Shown here in pieces: positions 31,061 through 42,151 of a stretch of DNA of 64,000 nucleotides. The notes beneath the pieces are model-generated. The model was not told the DNA's origin and searched no databases. It was given only the letters and a program-made list of their open reading frames with translations. Position numbers and translations under genes: made by a program. Position 1 is the first letter of the stretch; each line of letters begins with the position of its first letter. This DNA comes from Savitreella phatthalungensis (Eukaryota): assembly GCA_051599415.1 (NCBI GenBank), contig AP039692.1, positions 186,001 through 250,000 on the forward strand, written 5' to 3'.

Positions 31061-33721
31061 TTAGGCATACTCCATGCTGCCGCTGTCCACAAGTTCATAC
31101 TCAGATTCGACATCGAGGTCGAACTCGAGCTCGCTCACCTCACTCGGTGGACCCTGGAACGGATTTGTGATAGTGGCTTGGTTGGTGTTTCTGCCTCCCG
31201 CATTGTCCGTGTGATCGATAGCGTTCATGTCGACTACTTCGTAGTGACGCTGAGATTCATTTGTGAAGTCTGATGCGCCATCGCTAGAACGTCTGTCTGC
31301 CTCGCCGCGATGATTGGCGCCGTCGACAGTCGACGCGTTCGCCAGTAGTTCAGTCGAGGCGCTTGGAAGAATCAATTCGTGCGAAGTCGACAAGGTCGCA
31401 CTGCGGTCCACCTTCGAAGTTGACACATTGTCAGGCCTTGCGGTTGGGGTGGATGACTCAGTGTCTTTCTCAACGGCGGCCGCATTGACGTAGTTGCTGA
31501 GCGACTGCAACGCGCGAGCTTCACATACATCGACGTCGATCCACAGACGAGGACCGAAGCGCAGGCCATCAGGCGTACACAGCCGCCAGTAGGAGATGAC
31601 GTTGCTGCAGACGGTATCGGGAGCACGACGCATTGCCGAGACGACAGTCGTTTCGCCAGGCGCGACTGCAGTTCCTGGTGCCACTTTTGTCTCCAGCGTA
31701 GCTTCAGCACCTCCTTGGCCGCTTTGAAAGTGGATCCCGCCGGCAAAGGCGAGGAAGACTCCCACAGGCCAAGAGGTCTCGCCAGTGTTGCGCACGCTCC
31801 ACTGCTTCACAAACGTCGATCCAGCCGCAACAACAGAGCCGTCGGGGATAGTGAGATCTTCCACCAATTCGGCTTTCGGTGCGGCCGCGCTGATTGTACT
31901 TTGAGGCGGGCCGACAGGCTGTCTCGTTGCCGTTGGAGGCGGCGACTCGATCCTAGGAGGGAAGATGGCTATAGGATGGGTCTTGTCATGTGCATCCGCT
32001 TCATTCGCGCATCCACCACACATATCGAAATCCTCGCATCGGCGGCATGAGAAGCGAGATGTGGCTGGCGAAATGATCGTCTGGCAGCCATCGCAACGAT
32101 AGGCGGTCTTGCAGTCCAGTTCGCTCGCGTCTTCCGAGACAGCCTGGATACGGTCGCGCCTACCAAATAGAGAATTGAGAGGTGTCTTGTGGCGAATGAA
32201 GACGTGAGTCTTGTCGTGTGTCTGCTCGGCACTGCTGTAGCAGGGCTCGCAGTAGTCAAAGTCGGGACAGCTAGCACACATGTAACGGTCGCCAACAATG
32301 AGTTTATCACAGCTGTCGCACGCGACACCACGGTGATGAATTGGTAATGGCGCCGGCTCAGATTTGACTGCGGGCGATGCGTGGTCTAAATCAGGCTTCG
32401 ATTGTGCCGACATCTTTTGCTGCTGCGGTTGCTGTTGCTGGGACCTATTGGCTGGAATGCTTATGCCTTTGAAGCGCGATGCATTACCGTTGAAGCAATG
32501 CAAAGCATTCGATCCTTGCGCGACTGCCGGCTTCGTAAGTCCAAAGTTACCATTGATTGCCAGGCTGATGCCGCGACTCTTCGGCACCTTGTAGACTGTC
32601 ATCGGGTGCTCTCCGTCGTGAGTCTTGTTAGGATCCGCCTCGCAGTTCTCACATAGGTCGAGATCTGGGCAGACCGTACACTTGTACCGTGAACCGCGAA
32701 TTTCCTTTTCGGCGTCTGGCTTGACCGCACAACCAGGCCCGTCGCAGAAGATGTTCTTGTGCACGGTGGTGCGTGATTGCCGGCAGCTTGAGATTGCGTC
32801 GGCCGTGGTGACCTTCACGAAGCGATGGGAGCTATGATTCTTTGCCGCCTTGCTATCAAAGCAAGAACCGCAATAGTCAAAGTCAGGACAATCGAGACAT
32901 TTCTGACGTACCCCAACGATGGAGGACTCACAGCCATCGCAGATGGCATTGTGCTGGACGATTGACTCTGCGGGTGGAGCAATTGGACTACTGTTGCTCT
33001 TCGCCTGCTGCACTGTTGGGACACTGTTGGCCTTTGCTAAGGCATCGGCAATTGCATCATTGAGCATGGTGGTAAACTCGGCGCGTGTCATTAATCCAAT
33101 GGTCGAATCCTGTGTTGATGGCTTTGCCTGAGTCTCGTAGCTTTGCGCACGCGACAGAACAGGTCCATTACCAGCATCGAGGAACGCCTGCAGGTACCTG
33201 TTAGCCTGTTCTTCCGCCTTGCTTTTCAACGCAGGCTTTTGAGTCACGCGAGTCTTGGCCGTTTGCAATCGTTTCGCGTTAGCCGCAAACTTGATCGGCG
33301 CAGCGGGATTTGCGCTTCGTACTGGCGCAATGGGTGATGCGAGCATTGTGGTAACCGCAGAGCTTGGCACGCGATTGATGCGGACACGGATTCGGCGCAC
33401 CGATTTGACGTGACGATACTGGCTGTCGTGACAGACTGCATAGTGATGCATGTGAAGAGGCTCATATTCCTTCGAACCTGCCCTCCTCATGGTGAAAAAC
33501 ACTTGACAGTCGCTGCAGAGACCAGCCATGCGACGTAGTTCGTCCGTCAGCAGTGTCACTTCCTCGGTGACGGGGCAATATTGGAAGAGACGGTTCAAAG
33601 GAATATCCTTATGAATCGAATCTTCTTTATAAGTCAGCTTGACGGTGATGCCTTCCGTATCGATTGGAGTCTTGGCTGGCTGTGACCCTTCATCATATTG
33701 ATCAGTGAGCGGTGGACCCAT
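31061..33721 (-). CDS. NBR1: Nbr1-like selective autophagy receptor (PB1-like, 4 ZZ, FW domain, AIM)
   Basis: Four ZZ fingers (CDGC, CDGPGC, CDSC, CDGC), FW domain (DLTIPDG...FVKQWSVRNTG..SWP...YWRL...FGPRLW) and acidic YELV near the C-terminus. First ATG is 33721. Confidence 0.9.
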   Translation of the reverse strand: MGPPLTDQYDEGSQPAKTPIDTEGITVKLTYKEDSIHKDIPLNRLFQYCPVTEEVTLLTDELRRMAGLCSDCQVFFTMRRAGSKEYEPLHMHHYAVCHDSQYRHVKSVRRIRVRINRVPSSAVTTMLASPIAPVRSANPAAPIKFAANAKRLQTAKTRVTQKPALKSKAEEQANRYLQAFLDAGNGPVLSRAQSYETQAKPSTQDSTIGLMTRAEFTTMLNDAIADALAKANSVPTVQQAKSNSSPIAPPAESIVQHNAICDGCESSIVGVRQKCLDCPDFDYCGSCFDSKAAKNHSSHRFVKVTTADAISSCRQSRTTVHKNIFCDGPGCAVKPDAEKEIRGSRYKCTVCPDLDLCENCEADPNKTHDGEHPMTVYKVPKSRGISLAINGNFGLTKPAVAQGSNALHCFNGNASRFKGISIPANRSQQQQPQQQKMSAQSKPDLDHASPAVKSEPAPLPIHHRGVACDSCDKLIVGDRYMCASCPDFDYCEPCYSSAEQTHDKTHVFIRHKTPLNSLFGRRDRIQAVSEDASELDCKTAYRCDGCQTIISPATSRFSCRRCEDFDMCGGCANEADAHDKTHPIAIFPPRIESPPPTATRQPVGPPQSTISAAAPKAELVEDLTIPDGSVVAAGSTFVKQWSVRNTGETSWPVGVFLAFAGGIHFQSGQGGAEATLETKVAPGTAVAPGETTVVSAMRRAPDTVCSNVISYWRLCTPDGLRFGPRLWIDVDVCEARALQSLSNYVNAAAVEKDTESSTPTARPDNVSTSKVDRSATLSTSHELILPSASTELLANASTVDGANHRGEADRRSSDGASDFTNESQRHYEVVDMNAIDHTDNAGGRNTNQATITNPFQGPPSEVSELEFDLDVESEYELVDSGSMEYA

Positions 33722-34204
33722 GCTTCGACTAAGCTCGTCGCTCGCTGGAATCTCTCTCAGAGAAAGACAACGCGTTTTCTTGTGCGCAGTTCCTTGTTCC
33801 TTGACCACTCGCTGTGCCAGCGCTCCTTCAAATGGTCGGCAGATACGTAGAGGGCGATGTTGCAAGCTGTAGGACTGGTGAGTGAGTGGGTGGGGGGTGA
33901 TTGTGTATGTGCTTGCGTATGTGGTGCGCGAGTAGTGGTGATGACTCCGCCTGTTCTCCTATCATATATGTGATCCCTAATGAGATTGTCGATTTGACCT
34001 TGTTCAGATTTGAAGACATTTGCAAACGGAGGCGTATCATTTCACTCGGTACTCCACAATCTAACATTACAATACAATGCACGGCTACGGGATCTGGCTG
34101 ATGACGCTCATGCTCATGACCGCCGCTACTGTAGTCCTCGTCCCGGTCGTCGACGGGCTCTCGATCTCTCGATCTCCTCTGATCAGCGTCGAGACTTTCC
34201 CTTG

Positions 34205-35023
34205 CTACAAAACACCGATACTGTCATTTTTGATTGAGAATCCAACGCGACGCTGCTCGTCAGTAGTCTTGACGTAAAACGTGCCTCTCCGAATGACGTC
34301 CATCCTTGCTTCTGCGGTGCTGTATGCCTGTGCGAGTCCCTGCTGGAAGGGTAGGACGTGCTTTCGCTCGACGAGCAGCTTGGTCGATAAATTCTGGTCA
34401 AGCGACATGTATGTGTATCCTGTATCCCATGAGGTGACAACTCCCTTCGCTGAGCCTATTTTCAGGCAGGCGGCATGCAGCGCCTTGAGCAAGGTTCCTG
34501 TGGACGTGTTGTCGTTCCAGTGATACGCTGAGATAGAGTCGACGAGGGTGTACGCAACGATCGCGTCGGGCATCTCCCGTGCCAATCTCTCTGGCAGGGA
34601 TTGGAGGGCTGCCAGACACAGCGCCGATGTCTGCGGCATGATGACCAGGATCTGATCGAGGTAGTGCTTGCCCGAAGCTCCATCAAGACGAGCTTCAAGT
34701 AATGACAGCAGCCTGCCGAAATCGAACTTGATCTCCGTGTCAATGACAACCACTGCCTTCCCTTCGACGACGGCCTTCATACATAGCATGTAGAGCAGAT
34801 GCGTCTTGCCAGCACCGACTTTACCATGTAGCTCAATGATCTTATGAGCGTCATCTCTTCTCGCTTCGGCGTCATTGTCTCCTCCACCAGCGGCATGAGA
34901 GAGCTTTCGAAGAAGCGGACGTAGATGGATGTGCGTTGACGGCTTCGTATACTTGGTGTAACATCGCTGCAAAAGCTCGTCTCCGTCTTCGGAATTCTCG
35001 AGTAACGCGAGAGATCGTTCCAT
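34205..35023 (-). CDS. Rad51 paralog, XRCC2/Rlp1-like
   Basis: IIELHGKVGAGKT (Walker A), VIDTEIKFD and LVDSISAYHW (Walker B). No N-terminal HhH domain. Confidence 0.8.
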   Translation of the reverse strand: MERSLALLENSEDGDELLQRCYTKYTKPSTHIHLRPLLRKLSHAAGGGDNDAEARRDDAHKIIELHGKVGAGKTHLLYMLCMKAVVEGKAVVVIDTEIKFDFGRLLSLLEARLDGASGKHYLDQILVIMPQTSALCLAALQSLPERLAREMPDAIVAYTLVDSISAYHWNDNTSTGTLLKALHAACLKIGSAKGVVTSWDTGYTYMSLDQNLSTKLLVERKHVLPFQQGLAQAYSTAEARMDVIRRGTFYVKTTDEQRRVGFSIKNDSIGVL

Positions 35024-35191
35024 AGCTTCCACTAATCACTCATCTCGAGTATTGGCATGCTTCTTCGCGGATTCAAGGATTTTCGCATCTGCAACTATAC
35101 ACGCGCGAGATATCAATCATGTCGTCGTGATGTCAATTATACTGCTGTGTAGATAGGTCTATGAGGCGATTGATCCTGATCGGCAATTTTC

Positions 35192-38100
35192 TTAGTCGTA
35201 AATTTCGATTGGCTGAACGCGATCCATGGTATACAGCCAATTGTTCTTGAGATCTTCCTCGATCAGCCATTCGGTAGGCCAAATGACGAGATGGCCACGA
35301 ACTCCGCATAACATCTTCTCCATCATCGGCACTGTCGGAAGGTGGATATCGCCAAACTTTCGCCTGGGTCCGGCCGTCGTTGCATTGGCGTTACTATTAG
35401 CGTTCGAGGTTGTGGTTGTAGTTCGAGCTGCCTCAAGATCAAGCTGTGATTCTCTCTTCTTTTCGTCATAATCGCTTTCATCGTCGTCGTCATCTCCCGT
35501 GTCTCGACCCTTCTCGCCATTGGCAAGGGTCTCTGAGCTATCAGACTCGAGCGTGCCAGCGATGCCGTTAGTGTCGTCGTGGCGCTGTGCTGCATCTGCC
35601 TTTGCGCGTTCAGCAGTCGCCTCTCCACCACGGTGCTTCTTCGACGCTGGTGCGCCAACTGGTCCACCTCCAGGCGCATCCTTTGATAGATCCTGTTGCG
35701 TCCGGTGCCCGCCCTGAAGCTTCGCAAGCTCCTCCGAATACTTCTCCCACTTGTGATATTGCTTCCACGTCCGGACTTGATCGTCGGGCTGACAGCGGAA
35801 GACCTCGCGGAAGATGTCTGTATTGCTAACAGCCAATGAGCACCAAACATCGACGTAAAATTCGTCGATAATAGGATCCTTGAATCCGTGAGGATCAACG
35901 CTCGCGATCGGCTCACCAGTCAGTGGATTGGTAAACGGTTGCTCGGCAGCCTCGTCGAAAGGCTTCTTCCCAGTGTTAGCTTCCTCCTCCGTGAGTGAGT
36001 CAAATGGTCCAGCATTGCCGGCGCCAAGATGCACGAGCGGTTGATTTGGCGTAGCGTCAATTCCACTGGCCTCAAACATTGCCTTGATCTTTTCACGTGC
36101 AGCTTCGATCCGGTGAACACTCGAGTCATATGGTAGCCCAGACTTGGAGTTCTGGAAAGTCTTGTGCTTTGACAAGCTGAGGCCTGCGTCAGGATCGCGC
36201 TTCGCGTGTTCCATTTCCTCTGCAAAGTTCTCGCTGCGCTGCATTGTCGACGGAATGCCGTGCGCAAGCGCGTTTGCAGTCGTTGTCACCTCTGCGCGAC
36301 CGAAATCATTCGGGACATTGATCTCCTCGTGTTTGTCGAACCAGCCGTCATCGACGCCGGGAGCGTCAATGCTTCGCGTCGGTATGCGGGCATCGCGACC
36401 ATCTGCGTTAGCTTTGTCTTTCCGAAGACGGTCATTAGCATCAAGGATCGACCACTTCTCCTTGGCGTACTTCGAGGCGCTTTGAGCACGCGATGAGCCA
36501 GCATCCGTAATTGCCTTGTCTTTTGGCGAGCTCCCGCCGATACCTTGTCCACGGCACTGCTCGGGATTCCATGGCTTAGCGTCTTTGTCGTATTTAATTG
36601 CCTTGACCAAGCCGTCCATGTTGAATTCCTGCTGTTCGAGCTCGTCGACGTTGACACCAAGATGCTCTCGCATGAGGCGCATACGCAAGGTATGAGCGAA
36701 TCGGCCCACCCTAAATGGCACGCCACCCATCGTCGAGTCGACCATATCGGTATCACGTACCACAGCTGCGACTTCAGAGTCACGGTTGCCCCTTTGCGAC
36801 CGCTCATTGATGTTAGCCGAGCCAATAATTGCGATTCGATCGTCCACCACCATACACTTTGCGTGAATGTAGACCATCTCGGATACGAGCACCTTTGGGC
36901 TGTGTCCTATCTTGCCCCAGCCACGCAGGCCGAAAAAGTTGATATAGTGCTGCGGATCAATCCCTGCAGCCCTGATGCGACCGAAGATGGAGGTCTCGCC
37001 ACGGGAAATGGAGTTGAATTGGCACTTCATGATGTACCGCAGTGCAGTACCTTCGCTATTGTCGACCGAGCCGGGGAAGCCAGGCATCATTGGAACGACA
37101 ATCGTTGCTCGCCAAAGCTCTTTGTTCTTGTGGGCTCGGATAGCACGTTCGACGAGTGCGTCGCCGATGCGATTTTCGATCTTGGTGCCTTCAACCTCAC
37201 AGCTTGTGATGAAGAATTGATTCTCAACGTAGACAAAATGCTCGCTCTCACGAATAAGCTCGCAATATGCGTTCTGGATGCTGCATTCTGTGGCGTCAAG
37301 TCCAAGGGACCAATTGCCGGAAGATCGGAGGATCTGGACCTCACACGTACCTGTGAGACCAAATCTCTCAAGCTCGTCCTCGTCGTAGTCCGGTGGCGGT
37401 AGCAGCATTGGCACGACCTGGCGCGGCGGCTTCGTACGGATGAGATAGTTCCAACGCTGAACATAATGACGGGCAACGTCCCGTGCTGCTTGGCCGTGTA
37501 AACACATGGAGATGTCATGCCAAGCCATCCTCGGAATTTTGCTTCGATCGTAAAGCTCAGCGTAAGGCTTGTCCAGAGTGTGGAAATCAAGGACTCGAGG
37601 ATTGCTATAGTCCTTTCCTGGCCAAATCTGTGGATCCTCCGGCATCCGGTCATTGCGTTGCTCTTCAGACAGATTCAAGCGATCGTCGCTCTTGCTATTA
37701 GCCCGGCCCGTCGGCTTGTCATCAACAATCAAGTGCTCGTGTGTGTCCCAACGACCAAAGCACAGATCTAGTCCACCGACAAAAGCGAGTTCGTTGTCAA
37801 TGACCATGATCTTCTCGTGGTGAGCCCAGAAGAAAGTGACTTGCTTAAGATGTCCTGGTGAGCGTTGTACCATGATGTTGGGGTGCAGACCGAGGAGTGA
37901 GTACTTCGTGTATGTTGAGTCGATTGGGACTGTAGTGCCGACATTCTGGTAGACGATGACAAAGATCTTGACTCCTTCTTGCGCCTTGCGCTGTAACAAC
38001 CGGTCCAATCGCCACTTCTCCGACAAAGCTGGCGGACGACGCAGGTATAGCTCCGGGCTCAACCACCAGTCGTGAATATAGATGATGTCGCGGGCATTGT

Positions 38101-39766
38101 AGATTGCGCGCGAAACGTTCCAGAAGTAATCGCGTCCATCGACGAGCCATTGGGCTGCGACGTTCATCCTGATAGGTGCGAAGCTGCCGAATCGGTGCTT
38201 TTTGCTCCATGGCGTCGCATCCGCCATGGCAGAGATACTCTCCACGAACTGCGACATCTGTCGCTCGTTCTTGGCGATGAGGTTTACTCGGCGTTCCGAG
38301 TTTTTTATGTGGAACTGATGGTGCTGAGGATGATGATGACCGTCATCATTGCGCGACGGGATCCAGTCCTCCAGGAAATGGCGTCGATTGATCTCGAATG
38401 AGTGATCAAGGTAGAAGCAGTCGTATATCGTGTATGCTTCCGGCGACGAGACAACGGCGATGTACGACTCGCGCACGAGATACCACCTCGGAGAGTGCCG
38501 GCGCTTGATCTCGAGTGGATTACAGGTGAATCCGCGAGTAGCCCCACTGACGCTGCGAACGACAAGGAATCCTTCTTTGCCGGACTTTCGCTCGTCAGCT
38601 GCAAGTCGTACAGAAAGCGTGCTGAGCTCGAGGAACTTGCAGACCCTGTTGCACTCTTCTCGGAAGGTGTAGGCCACTAGACAGTCTCGAAGCCACAGGC
38701 TGAGCTTCGCTGCCACGATCTCTGGGTAGTGCTGACTGTGGTCAATCATTGGACTGGCGCCACCTATAGCACCCGCAAGCGCACCAACGCCTGCGGCAAG
38801 ACCTGGGCCGACCTCTTTGGCAAGTCCTTTGCTCCGCTCCTTGCGCTCTGACTGTCTTGAATTGATGTTGCGAGCTCGGCGGAAGAATGGAACAGCTTCC
38901 GACGGGAATTTTGGCACTTTTGATGCCCGGCCTAGACGCAAAGTTCTGCGAAGTCCAAGAGCTAGATTGAGACGCCAGAAGTCCTCGAGATCGCGCTTGA
39001 TGACCCATTGCTTCGACGCCTCTCCTGTGCCGTACTGAAGCTTGACGGTAAATGGGATGTGGAGACGACCTTCTACCTGCTGATTTTCCCGACCGCCGCC
39101 TTCGAGGGGCTTGATCTGGAAATCGAGCATGCTGAATAGGACGGGTATGCGAGGTTTTTTCTTGTCGTCTTTGAGGAATTTTGATGCTGCAAGACTGGCG
39201 GCCAATGTACCAGACATGAGGTAGCTGACAATGTCTTTGTTCATCGATTGTGGCTGCTGGCGCTTGCTCACTTTACTAGAGCCACTGCCAGGCTGGAGGC
39301 GTGACCTGAGTCTGTCCCATCGATCCCGTGCAGCTGACTTACTGGCTGTTGTACCACCGGTGTTGTTCCTCGTCGGGTTGGGCCGGCCAGACAAGCTGCG
39401 ATCGAATCTGCTACGTGGCGCTGCGCGAGTCTCCTGCATGCTCATCGATCGTGTCGGTTGTGCTGCCCGGGGTTGCTGTGAGGAATGCTCATGATCATCG
39501 GTCTGTGTATCTTTTGTGCGTGCTGAGTGGTGCAGATGCATGCCTCCAAAGTCACTCTTTGCACGCATGCGGTCAACGATACTGTGCATGAGATCGTGAT
39601 GCTGTGCCGGTGGCGCGAGTGTTGCCTGGTTCTCCACTGGTCTGTGCTCTAGTTCATCTTGATCGTGGAGCTGCGTGGAACTCTGCGTACGGTCAGACTG
39701 ATTCTGCGGCCTGGTGTGTGGGCGCAGACGCAACTCTGGCGTGCTCGTCCTCGACTCATTTGTCAT
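35192..39766 (-). CDS. SPO14: Phospholipase D1 (PX-PH-2xHKD)
   Basis: HKD motifs HHEKIMVID and HAKCMVVD...GSANIN; IYIHDWWLSPE; PRMAWHD. Confidence 0.97.
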   Translation of the reverse strand: MTNESRTSTPELRLRPHTRPQNQSDRTQSSTQLHDQDELEHRPVENQATLAPPAQHHDLMHSIVDRMRAKSDFGGMHLHHSARTKDTQTDDHEHSSQQPRAAQPTRSMSMQETRAAPRSRFDRSLSGRPNPTRNNTGGTTASKSAARDRWDRLRSRLQPGSGSSKVSKRQQPQSMNKDIVSYLMSGTLAASLAASKFLKDDKKKPRIPVLFSMLDFQIKPLEGGGRENQQVEGRLHIPFTVKLQYGTGEASKQWVIKRDLEDFWRLNLALGLRRTLRLGRASKVPKFPSEAVPFFRRARNINSRQSERKERSKGLAKEVGPGLAAGVGALAGAIGGASPMIDHSQHYPEIVAAKLSLWLRDCLVAYTFREECNRVCKFLELSTLSVRLAADERKSGKEGFLVVRSVSGATRGFTCNPLEIKRRHSPRWYLVRESYIAVVSSPEAYTIYDCFYLDHSFEINRRHFLEDWIPSRNDDGHHHPQHHQFHIKNSERRVNLIAKNERQMSQFVESISAMADATPWSKKHRFGSFAPIRMNVAAQWLVDGRDYFWNVSRAIYNARDIIYIHDWWLSPELYLRRPPALSEKWRLDRLLQRKAQEGVKIFVIVYQNVGTTVPIDSTYTKYSLLGLHPNIMVQRSPGHLKQVTFFWAHHEKIMVIDNELAFVGGLDLCFGRWDTHEHLIVDDKPTGRANSKSDDRLNLSEEQRNDRMPEDPQIWPGKDYSNPRVLDFHTLDKPYAELYDRSKIPRMAWHDISMCLHGQAARDVARHYVQRWNYLIRTKPPRQVVPMLLPPPDYDEDELERFGLTGTCEVQILRSSGNWSLGLDATECSIQNAYCELIRESEHFVYVENQFFITSCEVEGTKIENRIGDALVERAIRAHKNKELWRATIVVPMMPGFPGSVDNSEGTALRYIMKCQFNSISRGETSIFGRIRAAGIDPQHYINFFGLRGWGKIGHSPKVLVSEMVYIHAKCMVVDDRIAIIGSANINERSQRGNRDSEVAAVVRDTDMVDSTMGGVPFRVGRFAHTLRMRLMREHLGVNVDELEQQEFNMDGLVKAIKYDKDAKPWNPEQCRGQGIGGSSPKDKAITDAGSSRAQSASKYAKEKWSILDANDRLRKDKANADGRDARIPTRSIDAPGVDDGWFDKHEEINVPNDFGRAEVTTTANALAHGIPSTMQRSENFAEEMEHAKRDPDAGLSLSKHKTFQNSKSGLPYDSSVHRIEAAREKIKAMFEASGIDATPNQPLVHLGAGNAGPFDSLTEEEANTGKKPFDEAAEQPFTNPLTGEPIASVDPHGFKDPIIDEFYVDVWCSLAVSNTDIFREVFRCQPDDQVRTWKQYHKWEKYSEELAKLQGGHRTQQDLSKDAPGGGPVGAPASKKHRGGEATAERAKADAAQRHDDTNGIAGTLESDSSETLANGEKGRDTGDDDDDESDYDEKKRESQLDLEAARTTTTTSNANSNANATTAGPRRKFGDIHLPTVPMMEKMLCGVRGHLVIWPTEWLIEEDLKNNWLYTMDRVQPIEIYD

Positions 39767-40005
39767 GGCGGCAGGCGAGCAGGCAGCCTGAGCCGTTCTT
39801 CAAGAGACTAGACTGCTTGGACAAAAGAGTCTGATCGCCTGGCGTGTTGCCAACGTTGAATTGAGGTGGTTGCTCGTCTTGATGTAGTTCGTGATGTAGT
39901 ATGTTAGATCTACTGAGCTCGACTATTGATACCGATCCATATATTGAATGCGTGGATCGTGACGGAATTTCTTCTAGCTAGCTCTGTATATTACATGCTT
40001 TTGAA

Positions 40006-40075
40006 TGTGCTGTGCTGTGCTGTGCTGTGCTGTGCTGTGCTGTGCTGTGCTGTGCTGTGCTGTGCTGAGCTGAGC
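40006..40075. repeat. (TGTGC)12(TGAGC)2 pentanucleotide microsatellite
   Basis: Direct reading; lies upstream of PLD. Confidence 0.95.
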
Positions 40076-41861
40076 TTTGATTTGATATGCTGTAGTGTTT
40101 CCTGCGAGCTTTTTCCTCCCACTTTTCGTCATACTCGTTTGCGGAGGAGGACAAGGCAGGCAGGTTGTCGGATTGAATTACCGCTGTGGGATCTATACTG
40201 ACTCATCTGTGAAGCCAGGGCTTGTAACCCGTATGATCTTCCTACCACTACGCTGACTGTTTCACCCACTGCGGAAATTGCTTCATTCATACCCTTACTA
40301 GCTATCTCGGTAGCCCGACAGCTGTTGAGTCTGATGAGGATGGGAATCGCAATTTCGAGGTTCTCTGGCTTAACTCGGTTTGGAAGTATCGCCTACGGTA
40401 CTCTATCCGAATCTCTCAGCAACCAGCTCTCTTCAAGCCTACTCGATTTCCATTCAAATGCAATCTGGACGCTGTAGGGGGATGAAATTTCACCGCTCTC
40501 TGTGCAGTTCAGAGTTCGAGCAGGAAACGGTGTGGTCATCGTGACTAGAGAAATCCTGTGAATATATATGCAGTACATTATTTATGCATTCAAGATATAG
40601 ACCAGGATTCACGAATTTTGACTTGCACGTGTACATCCCATTCATCCATGGCTTATGGCTCTGATGAGTGCGAGTGCTTCAGTGCCGTCACTGCTCAGAC
40701 AGCCAACAACACGAGAGCTTACGCTAGAAGACTGCTATAGCTAAAAGCAGCTGCCGATCGTTCAGTTCCTAACAGAGGCTGTCGTGAAATTCTGTGTGTG
40801 ACAATGCAGCCCAAAGGATCGCTTGGACATTTTGGCCTGGGCGTAGCCACCCTGACATTTGAACTCGCGCACTCAACAACCCGTTCATTTGCCTTTCAAT
40901 TTGGCACCTGGTTTTTGCATGGATACATGTCCTGATGCTTCGTCGTGCGAAAGACTTGACCATGTGGACTTCTTCATGGCTTCCGATTTGTGTTTGCCTG
41001 TATCCTGATCTCACTCGAAACTCAAATGAGTTTTTTATGAACCTAGGTTGGTCCATCCACGCTTTCTTAGACAGCACCTGCGCATACAACAATGGATACA
41101 ATCACGTACGCGTAAATGCAATGCCGCACGATGATCTGTATGAGGCTAGTGCATGACACAATCACCAGGTCAGTGATAGTCCTTCATCTAAGCAAGTCAA
41201 TTTTTGACAATCAAGGCCGCCACGGAGATCAAAGTTTGACACTGAGTTTGAAAGTTAAAAACGAAACTGATAAGTAAGGCGCACGAGAGATCCCAGTAGA
41301 CTCTCTTACGCATGTCGACACTCGCTTGTGGATAATTTCCTGAGGGGTTCTCTGGAAGGCCTGGCTCCAAGCTTATCAAATCCTCAAGACATGGGCTACA
41401 ATGATCTGATCAAGATTAAACAGATTAGATTATCTGAAGATCATTCGGATCGTTATCTTGAATTTTATCTATTCCGATGATGTTTTCTCACGCTTTTCTT
41501 GCCCAAAAAAGAGTCAGAAATTCAGACAATCAGAAGAAGATTTCGTGAAGGTACAATCTAATGGTGATCGATCAATTCCGCGATAGCTGGCCTAGAATCA
41601 GAATCAGAATTTGTCCCTTTGAGAAGTTCCTAAGTCTAATCAAAATCGAGTCAAGATCAAGATCAAGTGTATTCTAGTGTTCTGAATTCCTCCGCCTCTG
41701 ACTTTGGAACTGGGCTAACAAATTTTGACCATAAAGCTTTTCCTGCATTGCCTCCGCAAATATTTGTGTATGTCTGTTTCCTGTCAAATCTTGGCTGGCC
41801 TTCCTCAAACTCTACGGAGAAACTTTCCTTAGCAACCACGGGGCCAGACCAGCGGCCACTT

Positions 41862-41951
41862 GCAAGCAAGCAAGCAAGCAAGCAAGCAGGCAACCACACT
41901 CTGGCCTTCCTACGCTGATTCTGATTCTGATTCTGACTCTGACCCTGCCTC
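41862..41951. repeat. (GCAA)6 and decaying (GATTCT)n microsatellites upstream of ILV5
   Basis: GCAA x6 at 41862-41885. GATTCT x3 from 41916, then GACTCT, GACCCT, GCCTCT. Confidence 0.85.
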
Positions 41952-42151
41952 TGACAACTCCTCCTCGTGCTTCCCTGTCTGCTCCGTTCTCTCTGCTTCT
42001 CCCTGCTCCTCCCTGTTGACCATCTCTTCCTTCCAGACTCACCAGTCTCCACCAACAGCCCTACCACTGCCGAGTCCACACACCTGTCGAGAATCATAGA
42101 AAAAAATCTCCTTCACCATCATTTTGGTCTGCTTCATATCTCCAAGGCATC

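Noticed and set aside
40769..41156. Short overlapping ORFs between PLD and ILV5
   Set aside because: No recognisable homology or coding bias; treated as divergent promoter DNA.
41653..41683. AAGATCAAGTGTA resembles U2 snRNA
   Set aside because: The branch-pairing GTAGTA and the U2 5' stem are missing; the match arises from a local AAGATC repeat.
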